Counted from the first letter of the stretch, positions 29,752-40,167 are shown. The stretch is 64,000 bases of DNA from an uncultured Bacteriovoracaceae bacterium (GCA_964598565.1 CAZRCG010000001.1:276905-340904), one strand, 5' to 3'. Notes: generated from the sequence alone by a model not told the origin. A program made the numbers and translations.

Positions 29752-30131
29752 GTCTCTTTAAATTAGCAAATGAAGCCTCTTAGAGCCATGTTTACCCGCA
29801 ACAGAAGCCCATTTTACGGGCTACCGCCAAATGCCCTTAAAGCGCTTTCCTCAGCGACGCAGGGCGGCGTGACTTTGCGGTTCGTGGGCTGATTCAATCC
29901 GGTAGTGATTTGTGACAATATTCGAATAGATATTCTGATAGTCAGAGTCAGCCACCTGTCTATCGGATTCCATCCACCACTGAATCTTGGCAGATAGTCG
30001 AGCTTCGAGATCCTTAGGCCCGTCGCCTTTCTTGAAGCCTGCCAGAGCCGACTACTTCTTCATCGCTCGATCAATGGAGCGCTCGACAGATTGCAAGATG
30101 GCCACTTCCTTGGTGTCGCCGGCTTTGTTTT

Positions 30132-31379
30132 CTAACTGGCGGGTCTCACTCTTAAAACGGGGTGCGTAAGACTAGAATCCATCCATACTTCGTAGGGATA
30201 ATTGGTAGCAGGCTTACCTGCCGCACCGGGAGATTGTATGGTCACCGTATACACTCCTAACCAGCGACCTTCGAGCAGTTCCCACTTCGTAAGAGCAATC
30301 GATGTCACCATGATTCCTGGATTAGCATCCACTCGATTCACATTGTAAAGGGCCAGGGCCGAATCAAGTGCATAAGCATCAATGAAAGCTTTGCTGTGAG
30401 TGGAACCGCTCGGATTATCAACCACGCGAATATCCACTTGATCAATTTGAAGTCGGGCCCAGTCAAAAAATCGTACATCGACGGTAGCCAAAGCTCGACC
30501 ACCTGCATTGGTACCATTATAGAGCTCAGCTCGTTGAATAGGACTCGAAGACCGGCGCTGCATATTTGAAACGAGATTTCCCCGGCGCACCCCGTTGGCA
30601 TTCATGGAAGCTCCCCCCACCAATCGAGCCGCAATTGAACCAACCTGCTGAAAACCGAGATCGTCATTCCAAGAAAAATCATCCATAGATACTTGGATGA
30701 TGGGTCCCTGAGCTCGCGCGTCGACAGCTACTTTGACAATAGTATCTCGACTAGTTTGATTATCACGAATGATCACTCGGTACCAATCTAAAAGCCTTCC
30801 ATCAAAGTAAGTCAGCCCCCCATAGGCGGCATCTTTCACCTGAATATAAGAGCCCACATCAGGCCGATTCAAATTGTAGACTGCCATCGCCGCATCCGTA
30901 GCCGCCACAATGAGACTGAGGCGTGTATGTTCGCGTTGCCAAGGCTTCAGAGAAGCGGGATCAAACTGCACCCAGCGAACCTTATTTGTTCGTGGGTCGA
31001 TGCAAATCGAGCCAACGCATAAACGACTTTCAGATCGACCATCACGCCCGTCAAAAAGCTCCGCGTTGAAAACCTTGGTGCCATCTTGAAGTGTTTGGTC
31101 TTTCACCAAATTCGTTACAAACTGGCCACGGCGAACCGAATCTCCGAGTGCTGCCTGAAAACTAGCCCCTCCGACGAGTCTGAAGCCAGCAGAGACAATT
31201 CTTAGGGCGCATGCCGAATTAGACCGCGCCTCTACAGAAATAGCAAAGAGCGGCCATCCGACGAGGGACAAACCGAGAATCAGAAGTCCGAGCCTTCGAT
31301 GTAGAGAACTCCATAGTCCAACTTGTCGCTCCTCTCTCATCATCTTTCTCATCTTTCTACCCATGCTCTTTCTATCCAC
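30132..31379 (-). CDS. secreted hypothetical protein with internal ~180-aa duplication
   Basis: It has a signal or TM segment (LGLLILGLSLVGWPLFAISVEA). Two homologous halves contain RLVGGAS(F/M)…VRRG(Q/N)(F/L)V(T/S)N and A(M/L)A(V/L)YN(L/V)NR(P/V)D… motifs. Confidence 0.55.
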   Translation of the reverse strand: MDRKSMGRKMRKMMREERQVGLWSSLHRRLGLLILGLSLVGWPLFAISVEARSNSACALRIVSAGFRLVGGASFQAALGDSVRRGQFVTNLVKDQTLQDGTKVFNAELFDGRDGRSESRLCVGSICIDPRTNKVRWVQFDPASLKPWQREHTRLSLIVAATDAAMAVYNLNRPDVGSYIQVKDAAYGGLTYFDGRLLDWYRVIIRDNQTSRDTIVKVAVDARAQGPIIQVSMDDFSWNDDLGFQQVGSIAARLVGGASMNANGVRRGNLVSNMQRRSSSPIQRAELYNGTNAGGRALATVDVRFFDWARLQIDQVDIRVVDNPSGSTHSKAFIDAYALDSALALYNVNRVDANPGIMVTSIALTKWELLEGRWLGVYTVTIQSPGAAGKPATNYPYEVWMDSSLTHPVLRVRPAS

Positions 31380-31425
31380 TGCTCATTGGAACTCTCGCCC
31401 CGGCCGCCCAAAGCCGATCGGCTAT

Positions 31426-32796
31426 CTACTTTGCAAACTTCATCGATAAGTCGTTCGGATAAAGAACCGCCGAATGATCGAAGTATTTTGTATCGCGCCG
31501 AGAAATCTGCAAATCGGTCACTAAAACTTGCTCACCAGATTTCGGAGTTTCCATACCCTCGAGAACGTTGAACGCCACAGTCCCCGCTCTCACAGAATTA
31601 GCTTTAGCACCCTGATTGGTGGTCTTTCCTCCACAGCCTCCGCTCTTCGCTTTTATATTGATATTAAAAGAGACGACTAACTGGGGATCCTCTCCGAGCG
31701 ACTTCAATTCTTCGTAGCGTCGATCAGTCACGACCAACTGACCCCCACTAAACGAAACATTAAAATCTGAGAGATAGGGCGCAATCGCCCGGCGACTCTC
31801 AGCAATCAACCTAAAAATACCGCCGTCGGCACTTTTAAATTCAGAATAATTGTGAAGGGCACGCGAAGTATCGACGACGACTCGCGATCGGTCGCCGCCA
31901 TCCCACGTCAAAGAGATCAACTCCTTCTCGCCATTGAGAAAAAAAGATCCTTCAAAGAAAATATCGACCACCTTGGTGAGCGACTGACCCGTAGGAACCG
32001 ACTCATCGACCAAGCGGGTAAAATACCGAGTCTCGCTCACCCAGCGACAGTCATAAGATAACGTAGGCGCCGGAGCGGGAACTGGAACGGGTGCAGGAAC
32101 TGGCTGGGGTCCACTGTCGCCGTCGTTGTAGTCACCATCTTGCGGCCTAGGCGCGGGGACGGGGCTATCGTCATCGTTGTAATTGCCATCTCCAGGGTTT
32201 CGGCGTGATGGGGGCGCCTCGTCATCGTTATAGTCTACACCGTCTCGTAAATTGTTCACTGCATAGTTAGGATAGTGATATCGGAGATTGCGAAAGTTTG
32301 ATTCGCCGTGAACGACCGCAACGTTCCAAAAAAAATCTCGCATCTCAGGGTAAGCCTCTCGAAGATTTTCTTCAGCACGCCAAGCTTCTTCTACAAACGA
32401 ATTCCAAGAAGCCGGTCGGCTAACAAAATAACCACTGGACCTGCGCACAATAATGACGGCCTGCTCGTAAGTAATCCCTTCTAAAGCATTCATTAAAGCA
32501 GGCACCTTGAGTGAAACGGGTAAATTCAAATAGTCATCAAACCATGAAGTTCCGGGCGCAGGCACATAATCACATCGCCATTGCCGAAAGGTCACAGGCA
32601 CAGACCTCCATACTTTCTTCACTTCCCATATAGGGGCCGACAAAACCAAATCTTTGATATCATCCACTCCAGGACTGCGACTCACATTGAGGTGCGCTGG
32701 CCTCACTTCTGCATTCACTGACATAGTTGAATGAATACTTGGCAAAGTTATCGCTAAAGCCACCGACACTCGCCATAAAATCCGTTTTAATTTCAT
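31426..32796 (-). CDS. secreted hypothetical protein with Asp/Pro-rich repeat linker
   Basis: It has a signal peptide (VALAITLPSIHSTMSVNA). A central low-complexity region carries three (G)DGxYNDDD(S/E)P repeats plus a PVPAPVPVPAPAP tract. Confidence 0.55.
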   Translation of the reverse strand: MKLKRILWRVSVALAITLPSIHSTMSVNAEVRPAHLNVSRSPGVDDIKDLVLSAPIWEVKKVWRSVPVTFRQWRCDYVPAPGTSWFDDYLNLPVSLKVPALMNALEGITYEQAVIIVRRSSGYFVSRPASWNSFVEEAWRAEENLREAYPEMRDFFWNVAVVHGESNFRNLRYHYPNYAVNNLRDGVDYNDDEAPPSRRNPGDGNYNDDDSPVPAPRPQDGDYNDGDSGPQPVPAPVPVPAPAPTLSYDCRWVSETRYFTRLVDESVPTGQSLTKVVDIFFEGSFFLNGEKELISLTWDGGDRSRVVVDTSRALHNYSEFKSADGGIFRLIAESRRAIAPYLSDFNVSFSGGQLVVTDRRYEELKSLGEDPQLVVSFNINIKAKSGGCGGKTTNQGAKANSVRAGTVAFNVLEGMETPKSGEQVLVTDLQISRRDTKYFDHSAVLYPNDLSMKFAK

Positions 32797-32865
32797 TTCA
32801 TCCCCTCCCTCTCAAACTTCACAAACCTCAATAAAAAATATAAGACGCAGTGCATCAAAATATCT

Positions 32866-34290
32866 TTGGCACATTGCAATGAATTGTTAGGGTCACAGTC
32901 AATGATTATCGTTTTGGCTCTGCGAAATCTTATTTTTATGGCGATCGCTTTTATGATTCTCAGTTCACTAGAAGCGAATCTGATCGCCTTTAGCAATTTT
33001 GAATTGGGCCGTATTGACTGGGAGACTCATGACAATGAAAGCGAGATTATTTTTAAACCGAAAAATTCCCCTCACCAATCGAAAGTGGAATTTGCTTTCG
33101 ACAGCCGCTCGGGCAGCCCTTTACGTAGAATCTATAGCGATTTTGAGGCAGCAGACCTTGCAGCCCCTCCCGGCCAAACCCTTTGGTATGCGCATCCAGA
33201 AACCATAGTGAACGCTCAGCGTCTCAGCCTTGAGAAATACTTTTTGGAACTTATATCGGAGCTGGGATTTAAGGGCCGCGTCCCCAATTTGGTGCAAAAT
33301 TCAGCCTCTTTTCAGTGGGAATTGGAAGAATTTGAAGATTTACTTGAGTCCTTCACGCGAGACCCTAACTCTAGTGTTGCTTTTTCATCGTTCACAGAGT
33401 CTTTGAAAAAATCGGTCGCACTGAGTCGGCTCACTTTGGTGTATCCTCGCCTGCCTACGAGGTTACGAGAATCGCTTGAGTCGCCTTTCTTGTTATTTGC
33501 TCTGGGATTGCCTCGACTGCCAACGTTTCTCTACCACATCAATCAAAGTGAGTGGCTATCGAGGTTTGATATTGTCGAGGCCGCCTGGCTCGACGGCAGT
33601 CATAACGAAAATTATTATGATGCTTTTGTGCTCTATCCTATCCAACAAATGCAGGCACGCGGTTATGAGCAACTTGCATTGGCCATTCATTCGTATATCA
33701 ATTCTTCGCAGCCCTTCCCCCTGGATTGGTTTCGAAATGAATCTAGGGTACCCCTAGCTCTGAAGCTTGTTGTTCTCATTTTGCTGACACACAATCACCA
33801 GTCTGAGAATGCTCTCATTAAAGCCGTTGCTCTTAAATATGGCTTAGTCAAAAGCTATCAAATAGCATCGCTGATTAATCAAGCCTATCGACGAGAAGAA
33901 TCGTCTTGGAATCAGAATCAACGCGCTCATAGAACTCAAGATCACTACGAGATCCATTCAAAGGGTATCCCCTTTCTTGATGCCCGCCAAAAATGGGAAA
34001 TCGATATTTCGTTCTTCGCCAATACTCCCCAATGGATTCCCTATCATCAACGCTATCATTTCTACGGAGCATTCACTGTAGCCGCTCGCCTTGATAGGCA
34101 CCTGCCTCCCCTAATGCCTCGGCTAAGTCACTCGAAACTGCGACGTATCGTCATTTATCTGGGACAGACTTATAAACGTTCGACGACGAGCTCAGATGCC
34201 CAACAAACGGCTGAACAATTAGACAAAATGAAGATTTTTTATTCGGCAGGCGTCGATGCCTACCTCAAATTCAAGATGGAGCATGAATAG
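32866..34290 (+). CDS. hypothetical protein (474 aa)
   Basis: Long ORF with good coding periodicity and a hydrophobic N-terminus. No recognisable family. Confidence 0.5.
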   Translation: MAHCNELLGSQSMIIVLALRNLIFMAIAFMILSSLEANLIAFSNFELGRIDWETHDNESEIIFKPKNSPHQSKVEFAFDSRSGSPLRRIYSDFEAADLAAPPGQTLWYAHPETIVNAQRLSLEKYFLELISELGFKGRVPNLVQNSASFQWELEEFEDLLESFTRDPNSSVAFSSFTESLKKSVALSRLTLVYPRLPTRLRESLESPFLLFALGLPRLPTFLYHINQSEWLSRFDIVEAAWLDGSHNENYYDAFVLYPIQQMQARGYEQLALAIHSYINSSQPFPLDWFRNESRVPLALKLVVLILLTHNHQSENALIKAVALKYGLVKSYQIASLINQAYRREESSWNQNQRAHRTQDHYEIHSKGIPFLDARQKWEIDISFFANTPQWIPYHQRYHFYGAFTVAARLDRHLPPLMPRLSHSKLRRIVIYLGQTYKRSTTSSDAQQTAEQLDKMKIFYSAGVDAYLKFKMEHE

Positions 34291-34358
34291 ACTCCATCAA
34301 ACCGCCTTGCTTCAGCGACAGTGCCTTAGTGTTTAGCCAATGCCCAAGGTTTCTGGCG

Positions 34359-35102
34359 TCAGGGCCCCTGATCTAAAAAATCACGTAAGGCAACGGGTCG
34401 ATTAGAAATGAGGGCCTCCACAGGCAGCGGACTCTGAAGTGCTCGAGCCCAATCATGGGCTTCGTCGAGAGTCCAAATCCAAACCGGAGGAATGGCCTCA
34501 CCCAGAGCGTCCCATGTTTGTTTCCACGGACGATCTAATATTTGTCGTGGCACATTCCAGCTATCGGCTTTGAATTCACGTTGGTAAAAAGGCAGGCGTT
34601 CGATATCGGATGTTTCAACAAGAAGACTCCTAGCGCCTAATTTGCGAGTCGGGTCCATGGTCTGCAAGGTTCGAAGTACCTCTCGATCAAACGATGAAAA
34701 CCATATCTCACCCTGGGGTCTAATTTTTCCCAGTGTTCGTACAACTACCTCGACAAAAGGTCCTGGCCGATCGGAGCTTTTTAGCTCTAGGTTGATTCGA
34801 GCGGTATGAAATTGAACCAATATTTCCTCGAGGCTGGGCATTGAATGCTGCGACTGAAGAATGCGCAGCGACTGAAGATCTTTCCAAAGACTGGTCTCAA
34901 TGGAACCTTTAATTCCACAAAGACGCTTCAAGTGATCGTCATGAAATACAACAATCTGCCCGTCGCTGGTCATACGAAGATCGCATTCGAATCCGTCGGC
35001 CCCATTCTTTAGAGCCTCGTCAAACGCCTCCAGCGTATTTTCAGGAAAACGAGATGAATAACCGCGGTGAGCAATCGCCAGAGGTTTCTTAATAGTTTTC
35101 AA
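34359..35102 (-). CDS. glycerophosphodiester phosphodiesterase (GDPD family)
   Basis: The N-terminal catalytic motif AHRGYSSRFPENTLEAFDEAL and the later E.D…HD motifs match GDPD/UgpQ. The 3' end overlaps the upstream gene by 14 nt. Confidence 0.85.
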   Translation of the reverse strand: MKTIKKPLAIAHRGYSSRFPENTLEAFDEALKNGADGFECDLRMTSDGQIVVFHDDHLKRLCGIKGSIETSLWKDLQSLRILQSQHSMPSLEEILVQFHTARINLELKSSDRPGPFVEVVVRTLGKIRPQGEIWFSSFDREVLRTLQTMDPTRKLGARSLLVETSDIERLPFYQREFKADSWNVPRQILDRPWKQTWDALGEAIPPVWIWTLDEAHDWARALQSPLPVEALISNRPVALRDFLDQGP

Positions 35103-36543
35103 TGAGCTCCCTCATCCATCGATCTTCGATTTCACTGACCATGCCAACCTTCTCACCTTCATAAAAGTGAGCGAACATTAAGGCCTCACCCGACTTCGGA
35201 AATAAATAGCCGGCAATCGTACGCACTCCCTTAATTGACCCCGTCTTCACGCGAGCATGCCCCGATAGATCAATCAATCGCCTTCGGGCCGTACCGTCTT
35301 GACCTACAACGCTTAACGAACTTGCGAACTCTGGATAATGTCTATCTTGCGCTACCACTGCCAAAAATTGAGCTAAATCGTAGGTACGCATTTTGGTCAC
35401 TCGAGAAAGGCCCGAAGCATTCTCCATTTTGAAATGACTCGAATCCAGGCGCGAACTCTTCCAACAATCTTCTAAAAAGCGCTGCGCTTTGGCTACGGTG
35501 GCTGGAAGGCCCCCTACTTCGACTCCCGCTCTCAGGGCAATTAACTCAGATGCAAAATTGGTCGACAGTTTATTGACGTCTAAAAGAATTTTAGAAAGAG
35601 GCGGCGACTTCCATGTCAGCAAAGTTTTAAATGGAAGCATCTTCTCAACGGTCTTATAACGAGGCGATGGCCACTGCCCGCCCAACTCAATCCATCGCTG
35701 AACAATTTGGGTGGCGAGTGCCTCCAAAGGCTTCTCTAACGACCGATAAAAAATACGACCCTCGTCAGCGGGGGCCAATGTTCCTTGAATAGCAATCTCA
35801 CTGCGAGAAGCCTGATGAACCGAAAGTGAGCTCCTGGCACCTATTTTCACCGAGTTCTTGAGGGTTAAGCCAGAAATTCCCTGGGGTAAAATGGCCGCAA
35901 AAATTTGTCCGTCGAATGAGGCAGCCGCGGCGCCAAACGAATTGAAATTAAAGGGAATGGCCGTCAACAGCGCGTTGAACGCGCGATGGTCGTCGCCATC
36001 AAAGTCGGAAGAAAATGAAAGTTCGCTTGTGCCGAAGTATGAAATATCGAGAATCAAATCGCCCTCAATTTTTTTGATGCCATAGAGAACACGCAGACGA
36101 TCTAAGACTTCTCTGAGTTCCTCGATAACAAATCGAGGGTCGCCTCCTCCTCTGACAATGAGGGGCCCTTTTAGAACCCCCCCTTGAATGGAGCCAGTTG
36201 TGCCGAAAAGTGTTTCAAATTGATAGGCAGCTCCTAATTTACTGAGTGCACACCCTGTGGACACAAGCTTCGCCACACTGGCAGGTGACTGCAAGCGCCT
36301 ACTATCGTGCGCAAAAACTTCTTTTCCATCTCGTGTGACAACAGAAAAGCTGACTCCTTTGCCTAACGGGGCCACCACGGCCTTCAATCGACTGGCTATC
36401 GCCGAGGTAGGCGCTGAGGTTGAAACCGAAGTCGAGACAGGCGATGCCCACAGCGAAAATTCTCCCATCAGCCCGAAGCCAGCCAGAATGGCAAAAAGAA
36501 AAGCCGTGGCGAGTCCTCCCACTTGTCTCAACACATCGGCCAT
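35089..36543 (-). CDS. dacB: D-alanyl-D-alanine carboxypeptidase/endopeptidase, PBP4 (S13) family
   Basis: The ATG at 36541-36543 has GGAG 5 nt upstream and gives the signal peptide MADVLRQVGGLATAFLFAILAGFGL. The S13 active-site motifs are SPASVAKL (SxxK), ENASGLSRV (SxN region) and KTGS. It lies in-frame with, and is read through from, the upstream mutase ORF. Confidence 0.75.
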   Translation of the reverse strand: MADVLRQVGGLATAFLFAILAGFGLMGEFSLWASPVSTSVSTSAPTSAIASRLKAVVAPLGKGVSFSVVTRDGKEVFAHDSRRLQSPASVAKLVSTGCALSKLGAAYQFETLFGTTGSIQGGVLKGPLIVRGGGDPRFVIEELREVLDRLRVLYGIKKIEGDLILDISYFGTSELSFSSDFDGDDHRAFNALLTAIPFNFNSFGAAAASFDGQIFAAILPQGISGLTLKNSVKIGARSSLSVHQASRSEIAIQGTLAPADEGRIFYRSLEKPLEALATQIVQRWIELGGQWPSPRYKTVEKMLPFKTLLTWKSPPLSKILLDVNKLSTNFASELIALRAGVEVGGLPATVAKAQRFLEDCWKSSRLDSSHFKMENASGLSRVTKMRTYDLAQFLAVVAQDRHYPEFASSLSVVGQDGTARRRLIDLSGHARVKTGSIKGVRTIAGYLFPKSGEALMFAHFYEGEKVGMVSEIEDRWMRELIENY

Positions 36544-38109
36544 TTCTCCAAGGGTCACTTTACTTTCAATAGCCGTCATCAGAGCTTCGCCAACATGGGC
36601 GCTACCTTCACTCGAGAGCTTGCGAGCCTCGGAGTCTAAATTTTTGAGTGCGCGATCGACTAAAGCAGCCTTGCGTTTCGATTTAAATTTTTTCAAGCGC
36701 GATTTTTGGTCTCGCGCTACCTTGGCGTTTAAGCGATGGAGACGCTCAAAAGGCTTTTCATCCTTTTGGTGGCAATTAACTCCCACGACTTTGAGTTCAC
36801 CAGAATCAATTTTCTTTTGCGCTTCAAAAGCCGCCCGCTGAATCTCGCCTTGAATGAATCCATTTCGAATGCAAGCCAAGACGCCCCCCTTCGATTCCAC
36901 GAGATCAAAAATACCGCGAATCTCGTTCTCGAGCCGTTCCATCCACTGGGCCAAGGCCACCGAGCCCTCCATCGGGTCGACCTCGTCGACGAGGCCCGTT
37001 TCGGCTGCGAGAATCTGCTGAGTTCGTAGCGCTAATAGCGCACTTTCTTCGGTCGGTAGCGCGAGAGCTTCATCAAATCCGTTTGTATGAAGACTTTGAG
37101 CCCCACCTAATACGGCAGCCATCGCTTGATAGGCCACTCGAACGGCATTATTAATGGGTTGTTGAGCGGTAAGAGTGGAGCCCGCCGTTTGAGCGTGAAA
37201 CTTCAACGCAAGCCATTTGGGATCGGCATCAAATCGCTTACGCATTTCTTCAGCATAAATTTTTCGCGCCACTCTAAACTTGGCAATCTCTTCAAAAAAT
37301 CGATTATGAACATTAAAAAAGAAGGTAAGCCGAGGAACAAAATCGGCAAGAGCAAGACCCGCTTGCTTCGCCTGTTCTACATACGTAAACGCGTTTAGAA
37401 GTGTGAACGCAATTTCCTGGGCGGCCGTCGCACCCGCTTCTCGAATATGGTAGCCCGAAATACTAATGGGATTCCATTTTGGCAGGTAATGGTGAGCAAA
37501 GCGAAACGAATCAGAGACAAGTTTGAGTGAAAAATCTGCCGGATAAATATAAGTACCTCGAGCAATATACTCTTTTAAAATATCATTTTGAATCGTACCG
37601 CGCAGGCTGTCTAACCGAATTCCACGTTTCTTGGCGACGGAGGCATACAGGGCCAGCAAGGTAAGTGCGGTCGAATTGATAGTCATCGAGGCCGAAATTG
37701 TAGCGAGGGGAATCTTAGCGAGCAAAATCTCCATATCTTCCAAACTTGAAATAGCAACCCCCGTACGACCCACTTCGCCATCGGCCATAGGATGGTCAGA
37801 GTCATAGCCCATCTGGGTAGGCAAATCGAAGGCACACGAAATGCCCGTTTGACCCGCCTTGAGCAGATAGTGAAAACGTTCATTCGTTTCTTTGGCCGAC
37901 CCAAAGCCTGAGTACTGCCGCATGGTCCAAACCTTGTCGCGATACATCGTACGATAGGGCCCTCGAACATACGGAAAGTCTCCTGGCCCGGGCACGGCAG
38001 AATCGAAGCTCTTCAAAACATCTGCTTGGTGGTCGTCGTTCTTCATAATACACTCGAGGAAGATATGTTTTTTTCCATTTCTATTTTTAGCAGCTTTCGC
38101 TCTCACCAT
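36544..38109 (-). CDS. methylmalonyl-CoA mutase-family catalytic (substrate-binding TIM barrel) domain. It has no in-frame stop, and the ORF continues into the dacB-like gene to 35089
   Basis: Strong MCM N-terminal homology (GDFPYVRGPYRTMYRDKVWTMRQYSGFGSAKETNERFHYLLKAGQTGISCAFDLPTQMGYDSDHPMADGEVGRTGVAI…). The homology runs as far as …TLGEMADVLRQVGG (equivalent to MCM …LGEISDALREVFG). No B12-binding domain follows. The six-frame ORF is 1006 aa (35089-38109). The 5' end may overlap the divergent 38026 ORF. Confidence 0.7.
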
Positions 38110-38736
38110 CGATTGAAATGTCTTTTGTCATGTATCGTAGGCTTAATCGCTCTTTTTGGACTTGATTCGACGCTTAGGGCTCAGTCGGCTTACGAAGATC
38201 AACTACGACTGATTGATCGCGATGACCTACACAGTATTCACAAAAAACTTTATACCAAGCGCGGACGCCATGAAATTTCACTGGGCCTCGGTGGCATTCC
38301 AAGCCACGGAGGCTACGGATTGGCCACCGCTAGCTATACGTACCATATGTTTGAGAATCTAGGCTTTGAAGCTGCGTCGGGTGGCTGGGCCTTTCAAACA
38401 AACACCAGCGGTAAATTTTTATTTTATCAGGGCTCGTTAGCTTTTTCTCCTCTCTACGGAAAACTTTCACTTTTCACATGGGGAGTGGCTAATTTTGATA
38501 TCTACGTCATCGGCGGGGCCGGCGTGGTGAGCTATACCAACCAAACACTCGGATCGTCGTTTATGGGAAATATTGGGCTAGGCCAACGCTTCTTCATCAA
38601 CGATTTTCTTTCGGTACGCGTAGAATATCGCGACTATTTATATAAGCAAAATGTATTAAATTCAGCCCGTGTCTTACACAATCACGCCATTGTCGCGCTG
38701 ATTTCTTTAATGCTACCCTTGAGGCCTCAATACTAA
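38026..38736 (+). CDS. outer-membrane beta-barrel domain protein (hypothetical)
   Basis: It has a signal-like segment (LKCLLSCIVGLIALFGLDSTLRA). The body has alternating Gly/aromatic beta-strands (LGLGGIPSHGGYGLATASYTYHMF…YVIGGAGVVSY…RVEYRDY). The true start is probably downstream of 38026. Confidence 0.55.
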   Translation: MVVVVLHNTLEEDMFFSISIFSSFRSHHRLKCLLSCIVGLIALFGLDSTLRAQSAYEDQLRLIDRDDLHSIHKKLYTKRGRHEISLGLGGIPSHGGYGLATASYTYHMFENLGFEAASGGWAFQTNTSGKFLFYQGSLAFSPLYGKLSLFTWGVANFDIYVIGGAGVVSYTNQTLGSSFMGNIGLGQRFFINDFLSVRVEYRDYLYKQNVLNSARVLHNHAIVALISLMLPLRPQY

Positions 38737-39986
38737 TGAAGAACTGCTGCTTAACCGTGTCGATCGTCTCGATTCTGTTGTTAAGTTTGGCAGCGCTTTC
38801 GCCTTTAACTGCCAAGGGTGGTGACGCCATACGTCATTTAGCTCCCATTACCGCGCTCTTGTTTGATGCTCGAGAGGGAAACGAAGCCCCGCTGCTTAAA
38901 TCGTACTTCGACCAAGAGATCGACTATTTTTTGGATATCGAATCGCCTCGCTCCAATGTGGCTCGCGAGCTCTATGCCTTGCGAGAAGCGGGACGTTCAA
39001 TCGAGGTAGGTAATTTCACCGATGCCGAAAGCCGCATTCGTTCTCTGAGTCGTTTTAACGATCACAAGACGTATCTGCGAGGGGCTCTCCTTGCGGCGCA
39101 GGGTCGCTATGAAAGCTCGTTAGAGGAATTTCGAAAGCTCATAGATCGGCGCCAGCATCTCTCTCGCAATTTGATGTCTTTGGCGTTTATGGGGGCCGCT
39201 CGCATATTTCATGAGGTCGCCGATTACTCACAAGCCATTTATCATTACAATCAAGTACGACCTATTGACCCACAATTTTTTCAAGCAGTATTTGAGAAGT
39301 CTTGGTCGCTCTATTTGAACGGCGATATGAATGGGTCCATTGGCGCCACTGTCTCTTTCATGTCGCCTTATTTTGATAAGTCGTTTTATCCCGAAGCCAT
39401 GATCGTGCGCGCTGCGTCATTTTATCAGCTTTGCATCTTTGATCGCGCCTCCGATACAGTAGAATCATTTAAGAGAAGTGCCGAACCTTTGCGCGCTGAG
39501 ATGGCTCAGCTTCTCAATCAACCCGCTGAGTCTTGGGCCTTTGATGAGAAGAGACTCTCGCAAATCAACGGACAAATTATGGGTGGCCTCATGGCCGATC
39601 GTGAGTTTCGCGCCAATACGCGGGCTTATTTATTGCTTCGTCATGAAGTGACTCGCTTGCAAGGCACCTATCGAACAACCGCACAGCGCATTTTAGATTT
39701 TGTGAGATCTCAGATGATCACAGAAGCGAGGTCGACATTGAAACGAATGGAAAGCCAACTGAGAGATCAGCTCGCCCAAGCAGATATTATCCAACTTGAG
39801 ATCTTACAGACCGGCGCCAATGTTTTGTTAGGTGAAGATTTTAAGCAGAGTGTCCCCGTAAAAATTCTAGATTTAGCCTCCGTAGATTTCGACGAAATGG
39901 TTCAGTTCTGGCCATTTAAAAAAGAGTTTTGGCTCGACGAACTAGGCTCACATTACTCGGGCTTGAAGTCACACTGCGATTCGTAA
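38736..39986 (+). CDS. secreted helical-repeat (TPR-like) hypothetical protein
   Basis: It has a signal peptide (VSIVSILLLSLAALSPLTA). The rest is predicted all-helical with TPR-like spacing. The gene starts at the stop of the upstream OMP gene. Confidence 0.5.
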   Translation: MKNCCLTVSIVSILLLSLAALSPLTAKGGDAIRHLAPITALLFDAREGNEAPLLKSYFDQEIDYFLDIESPRSNVARELYALREAGRSIEVGNFTDAESRIRSLSRFNDHKTYLRGALLAAQGRYESSLEEFRKLIDRRQHLSRNLMSLAFMGAARIFHEVADYSQAIYHYNQVRPIDPQFFQAVFEKSWSLYLNGDMNGSIGATVSFMSPYFDKSFYPEAMIVRAASFYQLCIFDRASDTVESFKRSAEPLRAEMAQLLNQPAESWAFDEKRLSQINGQIMGGLMADREFRANTRAYLLLRHEVTRLQGTYRTTAQRILDFVRSQMITEARSTLKRMESQLRDQLAQADIIQLEILQTGANVLLGEDFKQSVPVKILDLASVDFDEMVQFWPFKKEFWLDELGSHYSGLKSHCDS

Positions 39987-40167
39987 AGCATCACGCTCAT
40001 GCTGCAATACGTCAAGGACTAAAGTCCGTGAGGCACTCCTATTGCCATTTTCAATCTCCGAACCATTGACAGGCGCTTCTATTCTATGAACGCTCGTATT
40101 GTTAGCGATGGCTTAGCCTTAACTAACAGAGAAAACGTGAACCAAATTTGAACTAACAAAGGGATGG

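Noticed and set aside
29853-30131. Minus-strand open frame of ~90 codons in the 380-bp gap upstream of the 30132-31379 gene (…ENKAGDTKEVAILQSVERSIDRAMKK*SALAGFKKGDGPKDLEARLSAKIQWWMESDRQ…), interrupted by an in-frame TAG
   Set aside because: It has no start codon, an internal stop and no recognisable family. It could be a decayed gene remnant, but the evidence is too weak to annotate as a feature.
38026-38109. Apparent 84-nt overlap of divergent start codons (OMP gene 38026 + and mutase 38109 -)
   Set aside because: It is almost certainly an artefact of longest-ORF start calling. Downstream in-frame starts exist for both genes (e.g. MKNDDHQ… for the mutase), so it is not treated as a real overlapping divergent pair.
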